Origin: the human T2T-CHM13v2.0 reference genome, Homo sapiens
DNA length: 64,000 nt
Strand: one strand, 5' to 3'
NCBI RefSeq assembly: GCF_009914755.1
Contig: NC_060927.1
Positions within the stretch are counted from its first letter, which is position 1; each line of letters begins with the position of its first letter. Positions 29,348-42,995 of this stretch are shown one piece after another. The notes beneath the pieces are model-generated. The model worked only from the letters and a program-made list of their open reading frames with translations. It did no database searches and was not told the DNA's origin. A program made the position numbers and the translations under genes.

Positions 29348-31421
29348 AGCTTCAGCCCCCTTTCCAGGAGAGTGAACGGGTCTGTCTCACTGGGGTTCCA
29401 GGCACCACTGGGGGGGAAAGAAAAAAAAAAAACTCCTGGAGCTAGCTCAGTGTCTGCCCAAACAGCCATCCAATTTCATGCTTGAAACCCAGGGCCCTGG
29501 TGGTGTAGGAACCTGAGGGAATCTCCTGGTATACAGGTTGCAAAAACCGTGGGAAAAGTGTAGTATCTGGGCCAGATAGCACAGTTCCTCATGGCACAGT
29601 CCCTCACAGCTTCCCTTGGCTATGGGAGGGAGCTCCCCAGCTGCTTGGGCTTCCCGGGTGAGGTAATGCCCCACCCTGCTTCTGCTTGCCCTCCATGGGC
29701 TGCACCCACTGTCTAAACAGTCTGAATGAGATGAACCACGTACCTCAGTTGGAAATGCAGAAATCACCTGCTTTCTGCATTGGTCTTCCTGGTAGCTGCA
29801 AACTGGAGCTGTTCCTATTTGGCCATCTTGCCAGATACACATCAAGCTACCATTGACTTTCTTCACAGAACTAGAAAAAACTACTTTAAACTTCATATGG
29901 AACCAAAAAAGAGCCCGTATAGCCAAGACAATTCTAAGCAAAAAGAACAAAGCTGGAGGCATCACGCTACCTGACTTCAAACTATACTGCAAGGCTACAG
30001 TAATCAAAATAGCATGGTACTGGTACCAAAACAGATATATAGACCAATGGAACAGAACAGAGGTCTCAGAAATAACACCACACATTTACAACCATCTGAT
30101 CTTGACAAATCTGACAAAAACAAACAAACAAACAAAAAAATGGGGAAAGTATTCCCTATTTAATAAAAGATTCTGGGAATATACAGAAAACTGAAACTGG
30201 ACCCCTTACTTACATCTTATACAAAAATTAACTCAAGATGGATTAAAGGCTTAAACATAAAACCTAAAACCATAAAAACCCTTGAAGAAAACCTAGGCAA
30301 TACCATTCAGGACATAGGCATGGGCAAAGACCTCATGACTAAAACACCAAAAGCAATTGCAACAAAAGCCAAAATTGATAAATGGGATCTATTTAAACTA
30401 AAGAACTTCTGCACAGCAAAAGAAACTATCATCAGAGTGAACAGGCAACCTACAGAATGGGAGAAAATTTTTGCAATCTATCCACCTGGCAAAAGTCTAA
30501 TATCCAGAATCTACAAGGAACTTAAACAAACTCACGAGAGAAAAACAAACAACCCCATCAAAAAGTGGGTGAAGGATGTCAACAGGCCCTTCTCAAAAGA
30601 AGACTTTTATGTGGCCAACAAACATATGAAAAAAACGCTCATTATCACTGGTCATTAGAGAAATGCAAAATCAAAACCACAAGATACTATCTCATGCCAG
30701 TTAGAATGACATTCATTAGAAAGTCAGGAAACAACAGATGCTGGAGAGGATGTGGAGAAATAGGAACACTTTTACACTGTTGGTGGAAGTGTCAATTAGT
30801 TCAACCATTGTGGAAGACAGTGTGGCAATTCCTCAAGGGTCTGGAACCAGAAATACCATTTGACCTAGCAATCCCATTATTGTATATATACCCAAAGAAT
30901 TATAAATCATTCTACTATAAAGACACATGCACATGTATGTTTATTGCAGCACTGTTCACAATGGCAAAGACTTGGAACCAACCCAAATTCCCATCAATGA
31001 TCAACTGGATAAAGAAAATGTGGCACATATACACCATGGAATACTATGCAGCCATAAAAAAGAATGAGTTCATGTCCTTTGCAGGGACATGGATGAGGCT
31101 GGAAACCATCATCCTCAGCAAACTAACACAGGAACAGAAAACCAAACACCACAATGTTCTCACTCATTAGTGGGAGTTGAACAATGAGAACACATGGACA
31201 TAGGGAGGGGAATGTCACACACTGGGGCCTGTCGGGGGATGGGAAGCAAGGGGAAGGATAGCATTAGGAAAAATACCTAACGCATGTGGGACTTAAAACC
31301 TAGATGACAGGTTGATGGGTGCAGCAAACCACCCTGGCACTTGTATACCTATGTAACAAACCTGCACATTCTGCACATGTATTCCAGAACTTAAAGTATG
31401 ATAATAAAGAATATATATAAT
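29348..31421 (+). mobile_element. L1PA8-like insertion: inverted 5'UTR (29348-29839) joined to sense ORF2-3'/3'UTR (29840-31421)
   Basis: gagctgttcctatttggccatcttgcc is the antisense L1 start; catcaagctaccattgactttc starts sense ORF2; TSD at(g/a)tgag(g/a)tcacttct at 29332-29347 and 31422-31437. Confidence 0.92.
29853..31170 (+). pseudogene. Disrupted L1 ORF2p C-terminal region (three ORF pieces)
   Basis: [23 protein letters not shown]; [15 protein letters not shown]; [16 protein letters not shown] Cys-rich motif; frameshifted. Confidence 0.9.
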
Positions 31422-32187
31422 ATATGAGATCACTTCTTCTCAAGGCCAGAGTAATCAAGAGACCCCACTGCAAAGACACATTCTCAAGGTATAGCAACAT
31501 TTAGTGCATGGTCTAGAGCACAGAAGGAGGGAAAGCATGTTGGTGTAATAAATCTTACATTATATTTTGAATATCAAGTGGAATATTTGCTTGTGATCAT
31601 AGGCCAAATTTTTTAAAAATAATACTCTTTGCCCCATTTTCTTCCAGAAAGTTTTCTGAAGGTGAAATTTAGAAAAACAGTGAATTCAACAATATGTTTT
31701 TTAGAAATAACTCACCACAAAAAATAAATTGGATAAGGGAGAAGTAGAGAAATAAAAATATTATGGCAAAAAATCTCAGCTCAGGAAAAGCCCTATAGTA
31801 TTATGAAAATTTTCTGTCTACCAAGAGAAAGAAGGAAAAAGCCAGCATTTCCATTGTTCTGATTATCAACATATAGAAAGCTGATTGTTATGAGAGACAA
31901 AGTTTTCCTACACATGAGATCTAAAGGAACCAACAGTGGACAAATTCAATCTCCAAATCAACACGTTTGTTTGAGGGCCCAGAGCAGTGACAGAGGCTAA
32001 CACAAATGGGCAGATTTCTCAAATATACACTACAGACTAGGACAGAGAGGTCTTCATGTCTTTCTCGTCTCTTTGACCATATTTCTGTAATATGAGATAT
32101 TGCCAAACAGCTCTTTAGCTTCTGTTGTGTCTTGTGGATGATGGGCATACTTCTCCAAGAAGAGCAAAATTAGCACAATTAGAGATT

Positions 32188-32721
32188 TGTGATGGTGAAT
32201 TTTATCTGTCAACTTGAGTGGGCCCTAGAGTGCCCAGAGAAAACATTGTTTCTGGGTGTGTCTGTGAGGGTGTTTTCTAATGAGATTAGCATTTGAATGG
32301 GTGGTTTTAGTAAAGTAGATTGCTCCCCACCCCCACCTCCTAGTGTGGGTGGGCATCATCTTATCTGTTGAGGGCCCCAATAAAACCAAAGGCAAAGAAG
32401 AGAGAAATTCTTCCATTTTCCTTTCCCATTGTATGAGCTGGGATATCTCACCTCATCGTCTCCAGCCCTCAAACTGGGATGTACTTCATTGGCTTCCCTG
32501 GTTCTCAGTCTTTCAGAATCAAAATGAAAACTTATGCCACCAGCTTTCCTGGTGAAAAGCTGGGAATGCAGGTTGCACATAGCAGATCATGACTTCTCAG
32601 CCTCCGTAACTGAGGAAGCCAATTCCTCATAACAAATCTCACATATTTATCTATTATATCTATCTATTGATCAATTGATCTAACTCCTATTGGCTCTATT
32701 TCTCTGCAGAATCCTAACCCA
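32188..32721 (+). mobile_element. MLT2B-like ERVL solo LTR
   Basis: tgtgatggtgaattttatctgtcaacttgagtggg start; TG...CA ends; 5-bp TSD agatt. Confidence 0.85.
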
Positions 32722-32989
32722 AGATTCAGACTAATGGGAATAATTTCAGTTAGCTAATATCTAAAATTTTGCTCTCTTCCCAACTTAGGCTGTTGCCCTA
32801 TAGTCATTCTTATTGACATCTCCAGTTCTACAAGAAGAGAAAAAGGAGACAAAAGGTTAGTTTTATAACTTCTTTGAAGCTCTCTTCAAAGATTTGGTGA
32901 GTAAAAAAATTAGAAACATAGACCCAATGGAGCTTTAGTAGACACTGTAGATTTCTACCTTCCAGTCTCTCCATGCTGCTTATAATTCA

Positions 32990-33300
32990 CTCTAATTTAG
33001 TAAAGATTTATTGAGCACCCACACGTGAAAGTGCTAGGACACTGTTCAGGCAGGGTTCAGACAGTGCTAGGAGCTACAATGATTGAAAAAGAAATATATG
33101 GAATGATTTCTTTCCTAGAGAACCTTTAATCTTATTAGAGAGAAAATACACATAGATTTTGAAAAAGTAGAAAACTCTAATACAGCAAATGATTAAGGAC
33201 ACAAGTGAAAAATATAACAAAATAATATTAGAAAAGGACAACTCACAGAAGATATAGGACTGGGACCAAACCTTGAAATAAAATTGGTAATCCAGTCAGG
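32990..33300 (-). mobile_element. L2 fragment
   Basis: atttattgagcaccc...cagtgctaggagctac. Confidence 0.55.
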
Positions 33301-33994
33301 GAACGTAGCATCAACCAACCCACGAAGAAAAGGGTAAGTATTAGACTACTGGAGATCAAGAACTGTATACTGAGAGGACTGAACAGTTGACAGCAAGAGA
33401 TAAACATGGATAGTAATAATTAATGGTAAATAAAAGAAAAATGATGTACAGTGGTCAGAGAAGAAAGTATAGAAGTTGCCCTAATCAATGTATGTAATTT
33501 ATATATTAAATGTCATCATATAAGTTCTTATAACATAAACTAAGACATTGTTTTATTTCTGCATCAACATGAGTCTGTAGGAATTGAAGGGTTAAATTTT
33601 ATTTCCTTTCTGTACTGACTGGCAGAGTGAGTCAGAAATTCTGGCAAGCTCTGAGGGCAAGACATGTTTTACTTTTGCTTAAAAACATTAGCAACTATTA
33701 AAATAATTCTCTTCATTTCATCTGTTATACAATAGGGAGGAAATGCATAGAAAAAAAACACATATACCCAGGATCCATTAGTCCTTTCACAGCTGGGTAG
33801 AAATGAAATCCTGCTTTATCAAAGTAATTGGGTTATTATATGAGACTAACTTCATTCTAGACCCCTTTTCTCTCTGTGGAGAATTCATAAGCGACCAGCT
33901 TTCATATTCTCACCTCACTACACCCCCTTTTAAGAATATTTACTTTATACCTGAATAGGTAATACATATATTTTGTTGCTTAAACTACAGCTTA

Positions 33995-34525
33995 TTATTC
34001 ATTCAATAATTATGTGAGTGCCCACTCTATGTCAGGTACTCTTATAAGTACGAGAAATAGAGTGATAAACACAGAGACTAAAGTCCCAGTCATTGCGGAA
34101 TTACACACCAGTGAAGAAAAACAGCAACAAACAAGGAAGTAGAAGGTAGATATAATTACTTCAGCCTGTGTTTTGTGCTATAAAGGAAATAAGCAGGGTG
34201 ATATGACAGAAAGTAATGGGAAGGGGCCAAGATCTTCCTTTGAACAGAGTGGTGAGGGAAGTGATCCATGAGGATATACCCTGAAGTTTAGCCCAAACCA
34301 TGTAAAGAAGCAGTAGATACAGCTGGAATCAGAGGAAGAACATTCCAGGCAAACAGAACAGCAAATGCAATAGTCCTGAAGTAGCTGCAAAGAGCCTGGT
34401 ATGTTCAAGGAAAAGAAAAGGGGTCAGTGTGGCTTGCCTACGGGAGCTAAGAGGGAAAGTGAATCACATGAGCTCAAAAGTTGGAAATGGACTTCATTAC
34501 GGAGAGTTCCGCAGGATTTGCTTAG
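33995..34525 (-). mobile_element. L2a fragment
   Basis: attcattcaataattatgtgagtgcccactctatgtcagg...gaacattccaggcaaacagaacagcaaatgcaa. Confidence 0.75.
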
Positions 34526-35126
34526 AGGAGAGAATTGGGGAGAAAAGGGTAGATCAGGCAAGAAGTTGAGAAGTATAGGAGAAAAAAGAAAAATAATCCT
34601 CATACAAGGTTAAAAGAAATCTTCCAAAACCTCTCTATCTTGACAAAATTGTACTCTTCAGTTTGCCAGTTTCTTAAGTAGGGAATTTTATTTTTAATTA
34701 GCTATTTTAAGCCATGAAAGGCTATAAGACAAAATGAATTAAAATTTCATTTTCTTTTTGTCCTGGACTGTTTCCAAGAATGTATATATAGAGGAATCTA
34801 GATGGAAAATTTTCAAACCATTACTTACCTAAATTATACAAATCTTTATTATTACTGCATACTTTACTATTACAGGCACTAAGAATTTGCAAAAGAAGAC
34901 AGAGGCATGGTTCCTACCCTCACAGAACTATAATCTATTTGAGAAAACCTCCATAAATGCAAAAATCAGAGAGCAATGTTGTGACAAACATCTAAATCAT
35001 AAGAAGAGATCAGCACAAATCGTATGCTTCATTTTTTAAAAAGATTGTGGAATGATATAAAAATTACTGTGGGGTGAACTTATCTGAAAATACTGTGTAG
35101 AATAGTTGAGGCAAAGCCAAGTTGTA

Positions 35127-35157
<31 letters not shown>

Positions 35158-35439
35158 CAAAAAAGTATAGGGGGGATTGGATTTTAAATGGGATAACATT
35201 CACAAAGTTGGAATTTGGTATTGAGTTTCTAGGGGAGGACAGGGAGTATGACTTAAGGTTTACTCTAAATAATGCAAAGCATTGAAAATAATGAATCAAA
35301 GAAAGATGAATTAACTTAATAGAAGTCCTGTACAACTAGACTAAGGAATTTGTATCCAGAAATTGATAGAAACCTACTAGACTTTTAAACAGTAAACATA
35401 AAAGTGGATTTTATTTTCTGATAACAGATTAGAAAAATA

Positions 35440-35625
35440 ACAAACACGTGTACTGCTCCCCATATGATAGATACTTTAATTAGTCTCCTTGAAATCCTTA
35501 TAGTGTCTCTCTGAGGTAGACCATTAACCCAGGTAATAGTAAACGAAAAAAAGGGCACCAAAGCTTATCTAACTTGCTCAGTGTCACCATATAATCTTTC
35601 ATAAAACCAGACCAAGAAACCCCTG
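35440..35625 (-). mobile_element. MIR fragment
   Basis: aatccttatagtgtctctctgaggtag...taacttgctcagtgtcac. Confidence 0.5.
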
Positions 35626-38509
35626 AGTATCTCTTGCTGATCAGGATTTTGACTTTATCAAATAATAACCATTGCATCTATTTTATAAGCAAATATGGTA
35701 AATGAAAGGAAATCAGAGATAAATATCAGGTTGAAGGGTATGGTACCTGTGGGTTGGGGGTCTACACCTCAATGCTAAAAGTGTGAATGGGGAGGAAGGT
35801 ACAAATATAAGGGGTCTTGTAAAGAATGATGGTTCAATCTTGGAAACTATGCATACACCAATGAAAGAGAATAAAGGAAAACAAGTTCATTTAGGAAGCC
35901 TGGAGGATAATAATGTAGTTGGCACAAATGCACAAATTGTTAACAAGGGTTACTTAGTGATGAAAAATAATGGAGCTTGGGATATAGAGTTGAAGAAAAT
36001 GTAACAATTTCCCTAGGAAGCTGTTCATAGCTATCCATAAAGCAGGTAAAGAACCAATTTGGAGCTTCATATCAAGTAGACTTTAAGTCAAAGTAACTTA
36101 AAAAAAGATAGAAATCTTTTTTTAGCTTTAAATCTGCAAAGATTAAGACCAAGAACTGATCTTGATTTAACTTCAGATAAACTAGAGGAACTGTGTCTAA
36201 GACTAGTCATTCTGGCAGGTGAAGGGGTCAAGCTCTATAGTAAACGTGACATTTTGTTCAAACTGAGCAGCCCATCTGCTCTCCTAGGCTAATAGTGCTG
36301 CAGTTCACAAAAAGAGCATAGCTTGGTCACCTATGACTAAATTTGGGAAGCAGGCAAAAAATAATGGATGGTTTTACCTCGGCAGAATGCAGAGTAGAAG
36401 TGGGGGAAGACAAAAATGAGTAAGATAAAAGATTGAGAAGGTCAGCTTTCCATTAATAAATGCTTTGGCTCGTTATTCTTTCATCCCTCTTATCTTGGGG
36501 GTTAAGGAGGTTCATCTCTCTTATCTTGAAACGTCCCTTTCACTTTGATTTTAATGCTGTTATACCATAGTAATGATGCAAAAGGTAACTGCATGCTAAA
36601 ATCGCCTCTTCTTCTATTTCTGAAGACCCATAACAATAGATGCTAACTGGTTCTGAGACAGCCTGCCCTAAAATCAAAGAGACGGTCATTTATTTTTCAA
36701 AATAACTAATTCGCTTATGATCCTCTTCTTACCATATATGTCCTTTCCTTCTCATAGGAAAACAAAAAACAAAACAGCAAAAGTAGGTTGTCACAAAGAC
36801 CTCATTTAACACTAGTCTTGAAGAAAAATCAGTTTAAACTTCTTTGACCCTGCAAAGATCCCAAAGAAAAGATACCATAGCAGGGAGTGAGAAAAAAGGA
36901 TCCTTCCCACTCAAGTCACAGCAATGCCATATGTTCCACAGTTCATGAAGAAAACTCAGTAGAAAAATCTTGACCCGCCATCCTAGTTTCATTTCAGCAA
37001 GTCATCAATCTACAAATAATAATCTGAATAAAGATTCATGGCACAAACCTAAGATTTCATTTTATTGATATAGGCTGCGGTAATGCAGATATTTGGGGCC
37101 AACATTTAATGTCTTACCAGATTTTGTTCAAGATGTATATTTATGTAATAGAAAAAGAAGAATTTTTCCCCACATGTGATATATATAGCAATTTACTTGC
37201 TTGCCTAATAATACTTTTGTATATTGCAAATGAAAGCTATAAAAATATGGACTCACAGGTTGTCTTTTAAACCCTTTAGCCGGAAGGAAAATAGCTAACT
37301 ACTATCTGCAATTCTCATATCATCTCCTTTATATTTCTTTTTTTAGTCTCTCTCTTTTATCTTTTTTCTCTTTCTTTTTTTCAATAAAGTAGGAGAATGC
37401 TGGAAACCTTTGATTTCTCAAAACCTTATTTGATTTTCTATTAGCTCCATAGATAGCTAGTAATCAAGATAAAAATTATACAAAAGTATCAGGCTACTAT
37501 TTTAAACCTGAAGAGCCTACTAACTATATAGCTTTGTGAAAGATATTGAAAAGACAAGTGTTTTCTTTTGTACTGACTTGCGATGAATTTGGTATTTCCT
37601 TTATGAAACAGCTTTCAGGTTTTTCAAAATGGTTGCAATTTGAAGTCACAAATGGCTTATTTGTGTCTTTATAAAATGTTTACCAAGACCCAGTCACCAA
37701 ACTCTGTGCTACTCACACAGGCAGAACACATTATTTCTAAAATATAATATTCTTTAATCTTTCGTGTCAGCAGTCGTTTGTCTGACAAATTCATGCACTT
37801 AGTACCTGGCTAAAACAAAATAATGCTATAATAACACCACCAGAATCCTCTCCACCTTAAAGACACTGAAAGCAACTTGGTTTTCAGGATGCCTGGCAGT
37901 TTCCAGCCATGCATGTAGCATTTGGGATACAGAGCCATTTTATTATTTGGTCCTGTTGTCTTACCTTCAAAGTCCATGTGAAAGTAACTCACATTCAGGT
38001 TAGTTAAGTCTCTTACAATGAAAAATTACTTTTCTACAGTAGAGTATGTGGATATGGAGGAGGTGCTAATGATGTTATCTGCTGCATAATTTACAACCAC
38101 TTGTTGTTTTTGCTGTCAAATGATGCCAACAGACTCACTCAAATACATTCACTTTCCTAACTGGATTGCCACACTTGGTGGGACAACATTAGAAAAGCTT
38201 ACTGTGATGAGCTTTCCATCAAAAGGTTAGCATTTTGTTCTCATGTTAATAAACATGAAAAATGGTCGAGATTTATTTATTAATTTATTTATTCCTTTAA
38301 AGGAAATAACCATTGTCCTGCACTGTAGCACACACCAAGTACATAAGAAGATAGAAAGTCATGTGGTTCTATCCCAGGTCATACATTAAGGTAAATACCT
38401 GCTGGCGATGTGTAGTGTTGTTTTAAATATAATATTTAAGAAGATTTAAGTAAATTTAGAAGAGTTGATGAAATGCTTTATTTCTTTTTTACTCTTTTCT
38501 TCAAATTTT

Positions 38510-38990
38510 AAATTCAGGGGAAAGTGGCCTGTCTCCAACTCCAGGGTTAAATCTTAATTGGACTAAGCCAATTATAAAACCCCCAAGTTACGTTTCAAAT
38601 GACTGATTTAAATAAGGGTATCTGACACAATTTTGGCCAATAAAACATGGGAGGAGTTCTACTAGGAACTTCTGAGGGAAGTTCCTTACTGATATAAAGG
38701 CAGATGTACATGCTGACACTGGCATATCTGCATCTAAGGCCTGGAACCACAACACCCGTATTGTGATCACAAAGGGGACCAGGTGAGGAAAAACCCAATA
38801 CACTGAGGAAACAAAAGATGAAGACGGAAGGTCTCTTTGCCTTGATGACATTTTTAATTAACTAGCTCTGGGACCGCTCACCTTACAACATTCTGTTATG
38901 TGAGACTGTAAATATTAATTACTGTTTAGGCTATTCCAGTTGGAATTTTTTTTCATATTTAGCTGAAAACCACAACCACCTAACTGGAAA
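38510..38990 (+). mobile_element. MLT1J-like MaLR LTR
   Basis: ttggactaagccaat...gacacaattttggccaat...cttgatgacat...tgttatgtgaga...cagttggaatttt. Confidence 0.65.
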
Positions 38991-39204
38991 GAAAACAAAA
39001 AAAAATTATAAATTTGATCTTCAATGGGAGAAAGAGAATCATGAATTCAGGAGGGATTGAAAAGCTTTTTAAAACTACTTATCCAAATCTGTTTAGTAGC
39101 ACTTTAGTTTTGTCAAAAGAGCACTGAATATGTTTTAAAAATATTTTACACCGAAATTTCTCATACTCAGAAGCCATCAATGTAAAAAGAGGCTGGATCC
39201 CTTT

Positions 39205-39623
39205 TGTATTAGTCCATTCTCACATTGCTATAACGAAATATCTGAGACTGGGTAATTTATAAAGAAATGAACTTTAATTGGCTGACAGTTCAGCAGGCTG
39301 TAAAGGAGGCATAATGCTGTCATCTGCTTGGCTTCTGGGGAGGCCTTGGGAAATTTACAATGATGGCGGAATTGGGAGGCAGCACTACACATGTCCAGAG
39401 CAGTAGAAAGAGAGTGGCAGGGTGGGGAAGGTGTCACACACTTTTAAACAACCAGATCTCAGGATAACTCATCATCACGATGACAGCATCAAGGCAGGGT
39501 TGGTGTGCAACCATGAGAAACCACCCTCATGATCCAATCACCTCCCAACGGGCCCCACCTCCAGCACTGGGGATTGCAATTCAATATGACATTTGGGCAA
39601 GGACACAGATCCAAACCATAGCA
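39205..39623 (-). mobile_element. MSTA-like MaLR solo LTR
   Basis: tgtattagtccattctcacattgctata...gacacagatccaaaccatagca; 5-bp TSD ccttt. Confidence 0.9.
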
Positions 39624-40199
39624 CCTTTGGTGATATAAAAAAGCAAGTATATAGAGTTAAGATTTCCCCAGTCTTCACAAAGAGCCCTTTTATCTTCTAT
39701 TAAGTAAATATAAACTGTATAAAGAGCAATTTCTTTGAAAGGATGTTGGATACTCAAAGATCCAAAGCTCCATTATGATCCATCTATTAGAGTGTTACAG
39801 GGTTATCTAATATGGGACATCCAATCCATTCTGTTTTATATAGACACATTGTAATTGCCTTTCAGTTTCTGAATGTGAAATCAGAACGGGCATGCTTTAT
39901 AGTTGGTGAAATTCTCACATTAATGTCCATGATAAACTCAGTGCTCCCAATTGCACAAAGTCATAAATTGGGAGACCCCAATAGAAATCCAGCCTAAGAC
40001 AGAAGTAATACTATCTTAAGACAGAATTACTACATTTAGGATTGATTTTGAGCAGTTTCAGACTGTACAAATTAGCTACACAAATAAGTGGTTCAGACTC
40101 CTATGTCATCTATCACTTTTGTATCTATGTGTCTCCCTTAGCTTGTACCTCTGGCCTTATATAAGGTTCTCTATGATCACCTATCAAAGAAAGAATAAT

Positions 40200-40321
40200 G
40201 GCCAAGTGCAGTGGCCCATGCCTTTTACCTAGCACTTTGAGAGGCCAAGACAGGCAGATAGCTTGAGCTCAGGAGTTCGAGACCAGCCTGGGCAACATGG
40301 CAAAAGCCTGTCTCTACAAAA

Positions 40322-40356
<35 letters not shown>

Positions 40357-40370
40357 ACAAACAAACAAAC
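40200..40370 (+). mobile_element. Alu left monomer (FLAM/AluJ-type) with (TAAA)n(CAAA)n tail
   Basis: ggccaagtgcagtggc...gcttgagctcaggagttcgagaccagcctgggcaacatggc. Confidence 0.88.
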
Positions 40371-40589
40371 TAACTTATGCTTGATTCATAGAATTGATCT
40401 GCTTGATATGTCAATCGCAGCTGAAAACTGATGCTATTGTACTGTAACTGGAATGAAGAGTAACCCTGAAAAACAGGCTGATTTCAATTTGCATAATATT
40501 CCAAAAGTTCTTCCGACATATACTACAATATGCATAACTTTTAAAGCTGATTAATAATCTATTGTATTTATATAACTTTGCTTATCCAT

Positions 40590-42340
40590 TCATCTTTCAG
40601 TGGCTTTATAAAACAAGTTACTGTCTAGTGTCCTTTAATTTCAACCTGCGGGACACCTTTGAGCATTTCTTATAGCACAGGTCTAGAGGTAACAAATTCT
40701 CTCAGCTTTTGTTTATCTGGGAATGCCGTAATTTCCCCCTCACTTTTGAAGGACAGTTTTGCTAAATATAGGATTCTTGGTTGGCTGTTTTTTGTTTGTT
40801 TTTCTGTTCTAGCACTTTGAATATACTAGCCCACTTCCTTCTGGCCTCCAATGTGTCTTGAGAAATATCTGATAATTCTATTGAGGATCATTTAAATATG
40901 AGGCATTGAATCTTTCTTGCTGCTTTCAAGAAGGTTTTATTATAATGTGTTTCAATGTGGTCCCTTTAAGTTCACCTTATTTAGAGTTTGTCACAATTCT
41001 TGGATGTATATATTCATGTATTTCTTCAAATTTGGAAAGTTTTAGCCATTACTTCTTCAAATATTCTCTCCTCTTTCTCTTCTCTTTCGAGAACTGCCAC
41101 AGTGCATATATTTATCCACTTGAGGGTCCCAAAGATTCTTTATGCTCTGTTCACCTTTCTTCAATTATTTTTCTTTCTGTTTCTCAGATTCTATTATTTA
41201 TATTGTTCTAGCTTCAAATTCAGTGGTTCTCTCTTCTGCCTACTTAAATATGCCTTGGAACACCTGTAGTGAATTTGTCATTTCAGTTATTGTACTTTTC
41301 AACTCCAACATTTTTCTTGTTGTTTCTTTTTAGATTTCCAATCTCTTTATTGATATTTTCTTCGGGCTCGTCCATCATTTTTATTAACATTCTCTACATC
41401 TTCTTTTACTTCTTTGAACATCTTTAAGACAGTTGTGTTAATGTCTTTGTGTAGTAGATCTGCCATAGATCTTTATCAAGTTCAGTTTCTGTTGATTTAT
41501 TTATTTTTTTCTTTGAATGGACTATACTTCCCAGGGGTTTTTTTTGGATGCCTTATTATTTTTTGTTGAAAACTGGACATTTGAAAAAAAATAATTATAT
41601 ATTAGTGTATTATATAATATTATTTCATGATCTGGAAATCAGGTTCCTCCCTTTCCCAGAGTTTGCTGGGTTTTGTTAATCTTTGTGTTTATTATTTTTA
41701 AATTGTTGTAGGCTATCTTTGAGTCAAGGATCAGTCTGCGATATAAACTTAAGGTCTTCTCCTGTGTTTTTTGAGCCTGTCACTTTTGCTGGGTATGTGC
41801 AGCCACTTTCTAATTTTCCCCCATGTGTAGTTGCTTTTGAATCCTATTCTTTAATGTCTCGCTCCCAAAAAGGTAAAAATGAAAGTAGGGAGGACACTAG
41901 ACCTTTAAATCCTCTGAACATCACTTAAGATAAAGGAGGAGTGGCATGCACAATGGGGGGAGGTGCAAAAACAATGTCCTCCTGCTTTTTTGTCTGCATC
42001 TCTGTGATTAAAAGCATCAGCCAGTGATCAGTGCAGATCTCCACTGTTTGGAGGACAGCGTCGTTTTTGCACCCAATGGATACTTCTAGCAGTGTGCAAG
42101 CTGCCCCAGAAAGGTGCATAGCTGCCTGATACGGAGTTTGGGGTGGAGGATGGGTAGCTGCTACTGTGTTAAGAGCTGAAGTTAACTTCAATTTACTGTC
42201 CAACGTTTCCCCTAAAAATTGCAAGCCTTCAATAAACTCTTGAGTTCCAAAACAATTACATTAGACATATTCTGCCTATGCAATTGCTATCTAATTGCAG
42301 AAATAGATTCCTGGAGCTTTCTACTCCAACACTTTCCCAG
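40590..42340 (-). mobile_element. Old L1M (MC/MD-like) ORF1/5' region
   Basis: acaaattctctcagcttttgtttatctgggaatg; ttttgaaggacagttttgct; ggaaagttttagccattacttcttcaaatatt. Confidence 0.75.
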
Positions 42341-42349
42341 AATCCTCCT

Positions 42350-42995
42350 CTCAGCTACATTTTGTGAAGAGAAAATTGGTCCATGATAAAACTCATATAG
42401 ATTTATGGGCAGTGTCTCATTACTTGACTGGTTGGCCAGGAACCTGAAGAAGCAAAATTGGAGTATTGGAAATAAGCAGGTGAGGGAAAACAGCATTTGG
42501 AGGGACTGCATACAAAATACTGCACAATTCATTCATGGTTGACCAGAAAGAGTGATTAAATGAACTCATAGTTGTGAGATATCAGCTTGGAATTACAACC
42601 TACAATGATAGAGCAATATCCTTCAGGATGCATAACCCAATGGCCACTGTATGGTACTGTATCCCCATTAGACAAAATGCATGGGTCCAAGAACCAAGAC
42701 AAGTGACTCCCCTGACTCCTTTTCAATTCCAACAACCCACCTGGAATTTCTGCCTTCTTTCCTGTCATATCTGGATTCTTTAAAGCTGGAAGTCTTCAAT
42801 CTGAGAGGAATGATACTTCCACCAGGGGACACAATAGAGGCAGCCATGACTACAATCAGATTGAGTCTCTTATTCCAGTACATCAGCAAAGAAAGGAATT
42901 ATCATACTAGCAGAAGAATTTGACCCTTGCCATAATTAGGAGGTAGGGTTCCTGCTACCTACTGTAGACCAGGAGGAATGTTTGACACCCAGGTC
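42350..42995 (+). mobile_element. ERVL/MaLR internal remnant
   Basis: atgcatgggtccaagaaccaag; ggaatgatacttccaccaggggacacaa (ERVL pol/dUTPase-region-like). Confidence 0.5.

Noticed and set aside
29447-30085. Longest ORF (212 aa, minus strand)
   Set aside because: Chance chimera of antisense L1 ORF2 and L1 5'UTR across the inversion junction; starts at a non-ATG codon; not a gene
37960-38040. Minus-strand donor-like site (gaag|gtaaga) and nearby 60-aa ORF
   Set aside because: No convincing paired acceptor or recognisable protein
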